Below are positions 24,566-33,610 of a DNA stretch of 33,610 bases, one piece after another. Origin of the DNA: Jimgerdemannia flammicorona (taxonomy: Eukaryota); NCBI GenBank assembly GCA_003990765.1, contig RBNJ01000304.1:1-33610 (forward strand), in the 5' to 3' direction. The notes under the pieces were generated by a model. That model searched no databases. It was not told the DNA's origin and was given only the letters and a program-made list of their open reading frames with translations. The translations under genes and the position numbers were made by a program. How positions within the stretch are numbered: the first letter of the stretch is position 1; each line of letters begins with the position of its first letter.

Positions 24566-25795
24566 ATGTCTTTCCACATGTCTTCCGTTCGCTTTGACAC
24601 TGGCTCTGGATTCGCTCCCTTGGCTCCCGCTGGGCCTTCTTCCTCCTCTGCTATACTGCCTGCCCTCGGGGCCTCTGTCCTCGTCGACGAGCTCATGGAT
24701 GAGGTACTTCCTCCTCCTCCTCCCCCTGCCTTCACCCCCACCACTGTCTCCTTCGAGACCTATGTCTCTTCTGCCATCCTTTCCCTCCCCTTGGACCTTC
24801 GTCCTTCTGATCGTCCGCTCCTCTCTCAGTTCCGGTCAGTCCTTGCCCTCTCTGCCAAGGAGGCTCGTCTCTGCCGTGACGTCGACGTCATCGCTCTGCC
24901 CACTGTCCGCTACTCCGTTCTCTCTGAGGCCCGCCGCCAAGCCCTCTCTGAAGAGGTTCATGCCACTACTGCCGCCGCCAAACTCGCTACCACTGACACT
25001 ACCGCTGCTTCCACCGCCGCCACCTCCACCTCCTTCCAACGTGCCTGTGCCACTTTTGTGGCCTTCGCCTCCTCTCGTCTTTCGAATGCCGCCCCCTTCT
25101 ATGGCTTCACCATCCAGGATGTCCCTTCTGTTGCCACTAACATCAATGCTGTGTGTCGCTTCCTCCTCGCCAGCACCTCTTTTGTCGCTCACCTTCACGA
25201 GCAGGAAATGTCATGTGCTGCCACTGCTGCTTGCGCCGCCGCCACTGCTCTCCTGCCCGCCTCTCCTGAGGTTTCGGTCTCCGAGGCCATCCGCGCCGAG
25301 GCTTGTGCTGCTGCTCATGCCGAGGTTCATTCCTTCGCCACCGCCACCGCCAAGGCCCCCTCCAAGACCCCTGCCAAGACCCCCACCAAGCCCAACCAGA
25401 CTTCGTCGGCCTCTTCCCGGTCCCCCTCCCCCACCAAGGCTTCCTCCTCCATTCCCCCTGCCCCCAAGCATGGCCGCCAACTTGGTTCTCGCCCCGTCGG
25501 GGCCTGGCCTTGCGCTGTCTGCTCCAGCCGCCTCCATCGTGCCTACTGGCACCCGGCCAAGTCCGTCTGTCCCCATGGTGGTGTTCCTCATGCTACTGCC
25601 CCTTCGGCTGCTCGCTCGCCTTTAGCCTCCTCCGCCGGTTCCTCCTCCGCCTCCTCCACCCATGCCCCTGAATGTAAGGGCTGCATGAAAGCCTGTGGCT
25701 GCAAGGTCTGGCACTCTGATGGGGTGTGCTCCCATTCGTCGGGCTCGCCACCTTCAAAAAAAGTCAGAGGGAAGGGGAAGGCCTCCCGCTCTTAA
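24566..25795 (+). CDS. PLE ORF1, 409 aa: Pro/Ala-rich helical region plus two Cys/His clusters
   Basis: Open frame containing CAVCSSRLHRAYWHPAKSVCPH and HAPECKGCMKACGCKVWHSDGVCSH. The ATG shared by all copies is at 24578. Confidence 0.7.
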   Translation: MSFHMSSVRFDTGSGFAPLAPAGPSSSSAILPALGASVLVDELMDEVLPPPPPPAFTPTTVSFETYVSSAILSLPLDLRPSDRPLLSQFRSVLALSAKEARLCRDVDVIALPTVRYSVLSEARRQALSEEVHATTAAAKLATTDTTAASTAATSTSFQRACATFVAFASSRLSNAAPFYGFTIQDVPSVATNINAVCRFLLASTSFVAHLHEQEMSCAATAACAAATALLPASPEVSVSEAIRAEACAAAHAEVHSFATATAKAPSKTPAKTPTKPNQTSSASSRSPSPTKASSSIPPAPKHGRQLGSRPVGAWPCAVCSSRLHRAYWHPAKSVCPHGGVPHATAPSAARSPLASSAGSSSASSTHAPECKGCMKACGCKVWHSDGVCSHSSGSPPSKKVRGKGKASRS

Positions 25796-27810
25796 ACTTC
25801 CCCCCGGCGTGGTTCTCCCTTGGTGTCCCCGTCTCTTCTCGGATTCTGTTGTCGCTTCTGGTGTGCCCTGAGTGGTTCCTCATGTTGTCCCCCCTTCGCC
25901 TTTCCCAGTTGCTTGTCCCGAATTTTCGGGTTTATTCTTCTCTTGGAACACTTTTGTCTCCTCCTTTTTCTTCGGCTGACTGCCCCCTTTCTCCCCTTCA
26001 AGTCTTTGCCTTATCCTTGGGTCCTCACTTTGTTTTTCCTGCGACTCCCTCACAATTCTCCTTCACTGATCCGGCTTGTCTAACACGTTTTCGTCGTGCT
26101 CTTGACCTTGCTATTTTCTTTCAAGATCGTGGTGAGATGCCCTCTCGCTATTTTGTTTCCAGCGATTGGGTCCCTCCTCCCAATGTCTCTTCACACTGCG
26201 TATTCCTCAACATGGCCTACTCACTGTCCATTCCTGGATGAGCTCGCTCTTGCTTGGTTTTGGACTGTGCCATGCGTACTACACTTAAATCGGTCAAGCA
26301 ATTGCCTATGCATTTGCTCACAGTCACTGATAAGAATCAGGGTTTTGCACTTATTCCTAAGTCACTCTACCTTGATGGCCTTTCTGCCCTCCTTCGAGCC
26401 ATGGCTTACGAGCCTAGTGCTCTTGGATTGGACGAGGTTCTCACTCTTCTTTGGGTTTCTCTGGCTCACACTAGGTCGCTTTCGGACTCCCCATTCGTGA
26501 ACTCCATTTTTAACTCCTTCCAGGACTCTTTGTCCTCCCCGGATATTTCTCTTCTGGTTTTCTATGCTCTTCCTAAAGTTCACAAGCCTACTTTGGCTTG
26601 GCGTCCTATTACGGCTATATATAGTTCTCCTACCACCGAGATTTCGAAGTGGTTATCCCACTTCTTTCTCTCCTGGATGGCTCTCTTACAACACTGTCTT
26701 GGGCCTGAGTATACTATTCTTCGTGATACTCAGGAGCTCGCCCTTCTCTGCTCCACCATTGTGCCTGTTCACCATTTTTCCCATTTGGCCTCTGGTGACT
26801 TCTCTTCCTTCTATACTGCTATTCGTTTTGATGAGATTGATGACTGCCTTCACTTCTTGGGTTCCTTGGTTTTTCCTTTGGATTCCCCAGTTTCGCTGAC
26901 TTCTATTGTTGAACTTACGCTCCTCGTCTGCGGCTCGAATTATTTTGAGTCGGCCCTTGGCTCCTTTCACCAGACTTCTGGTATTGCCATGGGTACGAAT
27001 TGTGCCCCCACCCTTGCCAACCTTGTTGGCCTGGCCTATGAATTGTGTGTGTTACGTGATATTACTTCACCTCTTTCCATTGCATTCTGGGCTGGGGATA
27101 TCTTCTTTCGCCGATACATTGATGACTTTATTGTCTTCGCTGTTGCTGGCATTGATATCCCTAGTGTGTTCCTGGGCATCTACCCTTCCCATCATTCTAT
27201 TACTTGGGTGTGCGGTACGACTAATATTCCTTTTTTGGACCTTTCTATTTCTCTTTCTCCCTTCCGAACTGTTGTTTATTCCCACTTTCCCCATTCCCAA
27301 CAGTTCCCTGACTTCTTGTCCAACCATCCTTGTCACACTCTTCTTGAATGTATTCGTGGTGAGGCTCGTCATCTTGCATTGTGCTGCTCCTGTCATTCTG
27401 ATTGGGTGTCTGCTGTTCGGGTTCTTGGCAACTTCGTGGTCCATCGTCATGCCTACCCTATTTCTATCGTTTGCGATCTGCTTGCTTCTGTTGAATGGTC
27501 TGTTGTTCGCTCTTTCCTCCTCTCTCCCCTTTACCCCCCCTCCCTTCCCTCTCTCCCCCCTTACCCTCTCCATACCCCCTCTTCTTTCCCACCCCCGATT
27601 CTCGTCGTACCATTTGATCGTGCTTGCTGGGTCACTCAATGCCCTGATACCGTCCTACACTCTTCTCTTTCATGCCATGGACTTTCATCTCTTTCCCGAT
27701 GCCCTCTGATTGCTCGTTCGTGTCTTCCTTCTGTTTCTTCTTCAATCCATCACTCTCGTTTTGTGTTTTCATCACCTTCTGGTACCTCTGGTTCTGCCGG
27801 AGAGGATTAA
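25726..27810 (+). pseudogene. PLE reverse transcriptase ORF2, copy B; -1 frame relative to ORF1, single internal TGA at 26239-26241
   Basis: ORFs 25726-26241 and 26254-27810 are in the same frame. RRYIDD is intact. Confidence 0.85.
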
Positions 27811-28307
27811 AAAACATCCTTGCCCCCTCCGGGGTCTTGCGCTCGCTCTGGGGTCTCGGCCTTACTCCGCTCCCCTCCGCTGCCTTTGGCCCCTCGCTTC
27901 ACTCAGGCTCGCTGCAGCTTGCTCCATTTCGGCCTCACCCCTTGCTCGCGCTCACCCCTCTGGGGTCTGTGGATGTTTTTTAATCTCAATTTGGATTTGT
28001 TTTGTTTGTGTTTGTTTGTGATTTTTATCCTACAACTGGGATTGGCTCCCCCTTTATCTCCGCTTATCTCCGGCGGTCATGTGGTTCCTAATTCGGTTCG
28101 CCCCAAGTTGTGGTGCATCCTCCCTTTTGGGACGTCATATTTTGTATATAAGGACTGCATTTGTACATGGCAATAAATGGCTGATGCAATTTCGGTTCTA
28201 TTCTTTGTTCATCCCCCTTATACATGCCTTTCCACATGTCTTCCGTTCGCTTTGACACTGGCTCTGGGTTCGCTCCCTTGGCTCCTGCTGGGCCTTCTTT
28301 CTCCTCT

Positions 28308-29505
28308 TCATTGATGATTTTGAGCAGTATGCTGCTGTGAGGACTCTGACAGCAGTACAGCAAGTAGCCCTCATGCCCTTCAGCCTACAAGGTCCTGCCA
28401 GAGCAGCATTCACAGCTGCAACCCATGCAGGAAATGATGCCGATGCTATACTGACAGCACAGAAGACCTGGCTCCAAAATACATATTATACAGATCAGCT
28501 CAATACAATATACTAAGGAATGAGTGAGGATCCAAACACATTCTATATCAGAATTCGATATCAGATAATCCTCATGGATTATGCTGCTGCTATCCAAGAT
28601 CAAGTAGCTGAAGCAACCTTTATGAAAGGAGTTTACCCAGAGATAGCCATGGCTATCTGTTCATCACTAGTAGTCTTGGATCTGTCACAGAAGGTCATCA
28701 GACACCAACAAGACTATACAATAGAAAGAGTCACAGGAGTCAGAATCGAAACACCCAAGGCAACCAGTGTGATTCCTACTACAATGATCAATCAAAATAT
28801 ACCTCAGCCAAAAACTACAGAGCAGCAAAAGAACAGTGACCCTATGGAAGAACTTGCTAAGAGGTTTGCTGAAATGACCACTCACCTGGGAGACGTGGTA
28901 AAAGAAATCCAAAGAAGAAACTGCCAACCAGTTCAGAAGTTTGTTGCCACCTCAGATAAGAAGAAAGATACCTACTATATCTGTGGAGAAGAAGACCACT
29001 ACTCCTATGAATATATGAGTGAAACCAAGCACAAGACTCAATCAAGCAATGCTATATGAAACAGAGAGCAGGCCAATATAATTACCTTCAAGGAAATTGG
29101 AGATTCTGATGAAGAAGAATGGGAGGCCTATCCTGCTCAGACTATCAAGAAGGATGTTCGCAAGGAACCCTACAAGAGATCACCAGGAAGACCCAAAAAG
29201 AACCCAGTAGAAAAGCAGATGGAAACAGCCACCGAAAGCCAAGCTGAAGAGATGGATTAAGATATAGAGCTGGAGCAAGTAGTTTAAGATATTATCCAAG
29301 GAACTATCCCAGCCAGCAAAGGAGAAAAAGAAAAGAAACTTTGCAAGATCAAGACTTTCAAGTATAATATCTTCAAGGATCTTAGCCAACAAAAGATCAA
29401 TGCAACCTTTGGTCAGCTTGCAGAAAACCCAATATTCAGATAACAAATGAGGTTTGGACTTGCTGAAACAACCAAGGAGTAAGGATGGAAGATAACTGAG
29501 GCTAA
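28308..29505 (+). mobile_element. Truncated gag fragment of the same dUTPase-Gypsy family
   Basis: Matches the reverse complement of ~16713-15470 (NSDPMEELAKRFAEM, zinc-knuckle remnant YYICGEEDHYSYEY), with small deletions. Confidence 0.88.
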
Positions 29506-29509
29506 ATAT

Positions 29510-32087
29510 AGATGATCTTCAATATCTTAGTTTTCTCCTTGATCTTGTTAGAGTACTTTTCTGTTAATCCAAAAGCTTTTCCTCCTCTATCAAAAGATGA
29601 TAGTTTATTTATTTCTTCAACTTCAAGATTATTACATATTATCTCAATAAAGGTTTAAGTAATTTATTTTTCATATATAATTTTGATAGTCTTTTATCTG
29701 GTATTATATAGTAGAACTTTGATCTTACTTTTGAATTCTTGATCTATAACTACTCTAGCTATATAGAGTCTCTTTTCTTTAGTCAGACTACTTCTTTCTG
29801 CAAAGCAGATATAGGTACCTTTGGGGACTTCTATTCTAATATCTATGCTAATAATTACTTGCTTATTTGGTTCAATAATTACTTCTATATTAAAGTAGAG
29901 ATTATAACTAGTATTAAATTTATCTACTTTGTCTGGGATCTTTACAGCAATGTAGAATCTCTTGATCTTGATTTTCTCAGAGGTTTCTTTGAGATTATCT
30001 TCTATTATAGTAATGGTATGTAAGCAAAATAGTTCTTTATTTATATTAGTCTTTTTGTCAGAATATTTGTAAGACTTATATCTTCTCTTTTTACTTATCA
30101 GATAGTTTCTTAAATCTACCTTATGGTCTTGAGGACCTATTCTAAAATTTATACTTTTTCTTAAATTGGCATTATTTGTCTTCTTTGTTATTTCTATTAT
30201 CTCACTATAAGAATAGTATATACTCTAATAATAGCTTATCCTAAATACTATTACTCATATAAGTAATTATAGAGTTGTTCTTATTTATAGATTTTTTCTA
30301 ATAATTATTTAGGGGTAATATTGAAGAAATAGATAGCTTGTATTTTATTTACAATCCTTTTATAGTATTTAGAAAGATTTCCAGTCTTATATTGAATACT
30401 TTAAGATTTTCTTTTCTATTATTATAGAATTATAAGTTCTTTACCTTAGTTCAGGCTTTAATAATATAAGCTGAGCTGTAGAACTATTAGATGATTAGTT
30501 TCTTTAAATCTATAGTTGCTGAATAGACTTATAGTCAGAGCAATCATTATCTCCTTCACTTGTATTAATTTTAGCATAGGTTTCTCAGGTAAGAGAGTAT
30601 ACTAGCAGATTATACTACTACTAGACAGCTGTACCTATAAAGTGTATAGCAACTTTGTCTACTTATGAGCTTACAGTTATATAGAGATCTTTAATCTCAT
30701 TATACTCATTATTATTGAGAGAACTGTCTGGATTCTAATTGTCATTTCAACTATTGATATAATAATTAGTATCAATGTATCTTATAAATATTACTACTTA
30801 GTCTACTTTATCTTTAAATTAGATGAGACAGAGGTCTTTTATAGAGTTGTTGTTCAATACTGAGGTAAAGGACTTGAGTGAGTATAGCTACTTAATTAGC
30901 TAATATTATTATCTTATCATCTGCTAATATTATTCTACTATTTCTATTATCTATTTAGTAAGATTATTGAGATTCTTCTTCTGTTGTTATGATATGTTAA
31001 TCATAGTTTGAAGTTAATTCTTCTATAATATTACTGAGATAAGTGAGCTTGTAGACTAGTGGTCTTGATAGAATGACTATTGGATCTGCTATAATTTTTA
31101 ATAGACTTAATGACCTCAGTAATAGTTTTATAATAGTACTAAGATCACCAATATCAGATTAAGGTATTTTTACAATTATTCTCCTAGATCTGAATGATAT
31201 GGTAGAGACTTTACTAGATCTGGTAGCATATAGTTCTTATTGCTGAATTATTCTTATCTATATATAGAAAATTCAGTAATAGAAGTGGAATTTCTTTTAA
31301 TAGATATAGTATCCCTTGTAGTTCAGAAAGACATTAGCTTTATAATAGCAATTATTAGAGAGAGGGTTTAGAAAATATTTGCTTATAGCCTCAATATTTA
31401 TATTTCTTATAGAAGTGACTACTGACTAGCTTATTGAATTTCTCTTTAAGTTTAGAAGTATAGAAAACTTCCTTATTGAGTATAAGGAAAGTATTGAATA
31501 CTTCTTGAATGATTTCATTGTTGAGTTTATTATACTTCTCTTGACTGATATAGGGTTTAGTCTACTTGATAATAATTCTGTTAAATTCTTCAGCTTGAGT
31601 CTAAGGAATATTCAGAGTATAGATACTTTTAGACTATCACTGACAATATTAGCAATATTGATCAGTTCTGATTATCTATAGTAGATTCTTAAAAGAAGAT
31701 TGCTTGTAAGTGGAGAGTAACTTCCACTTCTACTAAATTATAATAAAACTATATACTAATAGAATTAATATATTACAGAGAGTTAAAGGTAACTTTTGGT
31801 CTTAAGTTCTGAGTTCTTGAGGAAGTACTGAGTTCCAATTATCTATTGTAGTAGAGTTCAGATATTACTTTTAGATTCTTATATTAGTGAGAGAGCTGTG
31901 CTTATATTCTAAGTTAATTAGGTTTAAAATTGTTAATAAGTCAGATATGAGGATTTCTTATAATATAAATACTACTTTATTCTTATATTTAGGGCAAGTG
32001 GAGCTGATGTTACAATACACTCAATATAGAGAGTATTTTTTATATATTTGAGGCTATAACTAAATATAGTATACTAGATATATCTAT
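29510..32087 (-). mobile_element. AT-rich decayed element, possibly a non-LTR (LINE-like) RT
   Basis: Minus-strand remnants resemble NYRPI (~31070-31100), LADD (~30916-30927) and RY(L/I)G-like FIRYID (~30772-30789). All are very degenerate. Confidence 0.4.
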
Positions 32088-32401
32088 TGTCACGTAGTGG
32101 TCGCTGAGTCCTTCAAATACGCCAGATTCTCTTCAAGGTGTATCTCTTAGACTAACTCAAGTTATTATAAGCAAGTTCTTATTGGACTGCCTTCCCAAGG
32201 TCTTATAGTCCTCAAACTTCTTATCTTTAACTGTCTTGTTATCTCTTAGATTGCTTGCAAGGAAGTGTGTATATTGCACTGAGAGGAACTGACTTTATTT
32301 CAGAGGAAATAAGGGAGGTATTTATACAAAATATAATTCAATAGTTGCTAAGATATAAAGCTAAATATAAATTCCAATAACTAAAACTACTGAGTTCCAG
32401 G

Positions 32402-32598
32402 GCTGGCATTATTTAGTACCACATCAAAATACCGGTGCTGGAACAATTTCACGTCACCTGAGAATACCGGTGCTGGCATTATCCAGTGTTACATGAGAAT
32501 ACCGGTGCTGGCATTATCCAGTGTTACATGAGAATACCGGTGCTGGCATTATCCAGTGTTATATGAGAATACCGGTGCTGGCATTATCCAGTATAACA
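32402..32598. repeat. 35-bp tandem repeat, ~5.6 copies (GCTGGCATTATCCAGTGTTACATGAGAATACCGGT)
   Basis: Units start at 32402, 32437, 32472, 32507, 32542 and 32577; the first two are diverged. Confidence 0.92.
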
Positions 32599-32605
32599 AA
32601 GAACT

Positions 32606-33415
32606 TTAGAGCAGAAAGTTCAGGATCATGGGAGCTTCATCATCATCATCATCACTGAAGGAGATGAGGTCCGTGAATACTTCGTCATTTTCGCGTGCCT
32701 CGACGTTGTGTGGGATGACGTCATTGATGACGTCATCACGTTCGGGTGTGGCAGGAAAATCGGGAACAAGGTCTGGAGCTCTCCAGTCTATGAGGTTCTC
32801 CTCCACAAAATAGGGGACAAATGTGGGGTCTTGGGGGGATCTAACCTGGATGCTTGGGCCTTGGAATACTGAGATCAATCCTTGCAGGAATTGGTCTGGG
32901 TTGTCCTGAAGGATTGGGTGCCAGAAGTCTTCTACTTCTTCGCTGTTGAGGGTGATGGTGGACTGGGCTTCTGTAGCCACCCTGGCTTCTAGTGCATTGA
33001 TGCAGTGAGATGACAGATCTCTGAAATCTGAGACTCTAATATACTCCAGGTTGGGAATCGACCATGGTGTATGCCTGAAGATCTGATGGATCTTCTTAGC
33101 TGTCCTTGTTTCACGTATATCCATGGGAGTGGCATCTTGTAGCTCTTGGGTGCTGGCCTGTGGGAACTCCTGGCAGAGGAGGTTTCCTATTTCGTACTCC
33201 TGCCACATTTGGAGACATTCGGTGGTGATGGTGATCCTTGTTTCCATTTCACGGCGGTAGAGGATGAAGTGATAGGGGTCTGCAGTACCCAGATAGATAC
33301 TAGGAGTCCTTCTTGAGTGGGTCTCCATGGCTCTTCTGATGTCTTGAAACATCCTTTCCTCAACCGAGATACCTTGATGATTCCTTGACCTTGAGGTTTG
33401 GTGGGCAGCAGGCAT
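32606..33415 (-). CDS. Intact 269-aa hypothetical protein with an acidic tail; accessory ORF3-like protein of an LTR element
   Basis: Open ATG-TAA frame. Its motifs QEYEIGNLL, TRTAKKIHQIF and IPNLEYIRVSDF match the decayed ORF at 11614-11030. Confidence 0.72.
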   Translation of the reverse strand: MPAAHQTSRSRNHQGISVEERMFQDIRRAMETHSRRTPSIYLGTADPYHFILYRREMETRITITTECLQMWQEYEIGNLLCQEFPQASTQELQDATPMDIRETRTAKKIHQIFRHTPWSIPNLEYIRVSDFRDLSSHCINALEARVATEAQSTITLNSEEVEDFWHPILQDNPDQFLQGLISVFQGPSIQVRSPQDPTFVPYFVEENLIDWRAPDLVPDFPATPERDDVINDVIPHNVEARENDEVFTDLISFSDDDDDEAPMILNFLL

Positions 33416-33610
33416 TTTGTTTGTGGTAAGTCTTTGAGCTATTTTGGGATTGGGGTTCTTGTTGGTTGCTGCTACTGCGGTTTCTTGATCCTTCTTTTAT
33501 ATTCTTCAGGATGCTTGTGCTGTGGTCACAATGACTCACAGTTGGTCATTGTTGCTCATCTCGCATGCCGTATGATCTTCTTGTACTCTGATCTGGTGGC
33601 TTGTAAAGAA

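Larger units (their letters stand above)
24313..28307 (+). mobile_element. Endonuclease-deficient Penelope-like retroelement, copy B, head-to-head with copy A
   Basis: Reverse complement of 20168-24161 apart from scattered substitutions, mostly transitions. The terminal repeat 24313-~24649 recurs at 27971-28307. Confidence 0.88.
32088..33610 (-). mobile_element. 3' end of a second LTR retrotransposon family (LTR boundary TGTCACG at 32088; internal LTR boundary not resolved)
   Basis: Abrupt composition change at TGTCACG. Minus-strand TATAAATA at ~32319-32326 sits in a context like that of the first LTR (gtatttataca vs ttatttataca). An upstream tandem array and an ORF3-like gene follow. Confidence 0.6.

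Noticed and set aside
27400..27810. GIY-YIG endonuclease at the end of PLE ORF2
   Set aside because: The ORF ends shortly after the thumb/linker in both copies with no GIY/YIG motifs.
20299..28176. Many overlapping alternative-frame and antisense ORFs in the PLEs
   Set aside because: Explained by the A-poor, C/T-rich sense strand, which makes stop codons rare.
20168..28307. Palindrome as an assembly or fold-back read artefact
   Set aside because: The arms differ at many sites, mostly by transitions and often at CpG, plus one indel; an artefact would give near-identical arms.
32402..32598. CRISPR-like array
   Set aside because: The units are contiguous near-identical 35-mers without unique spacers, there are no cas genes, and the context is eukaryotic.
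32592..32598. TATAACA as the inner LTR boundary (a transition variant of the TGTCACG inverted terminus)
   Set aside because: There is no adjacent polypurine tract and the motif is part of the tandem unit; the boundary cannot be fixed without the partner LTR.

Overview
Eukaryotic, intron-rich, most likely early-diverging fungal DNA; a Mucoromycota-like source is my inference from the gene families, not established. The left 7.8 kb is genic. It holds the frameshifted 3' end of a SPRY-domain gene, an LRR-like pseudogene, and an intact 15-exon gene (7770->3214) in which a BTB/BACK module is fused to a Ubp15/USP7-like MATH-USP-UBL body whose catalytic triad is replaced. The remaining ~26 kb is a nest of retroelements of different ages. 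These include (i) AT-rich relics decayed by C-to-T mutation; (ii) a full-length Ty3/Gypsy element with 462-bp LTRs, a dUTPase between PR and RT, and an extra 3' ORF running into the LTR; (iii) a decayed chromovirus; and (iv) an 8.1-kb palindrome of two head-to-head endonuclease-less Penelope-like elements. The palindrome's axis is a 181-bp cassette bounded by 15-bp inverted repeats, and both arms end at the same nucleotide. The nest also contains (v) a gag fragment, (vi) a probable decayed LINE, and (vii) the 3' end of a second LTR element whose intact 269-aa ORF appears homologous to the extra ORF of the first. All alignments were done by eye, with no database searches.
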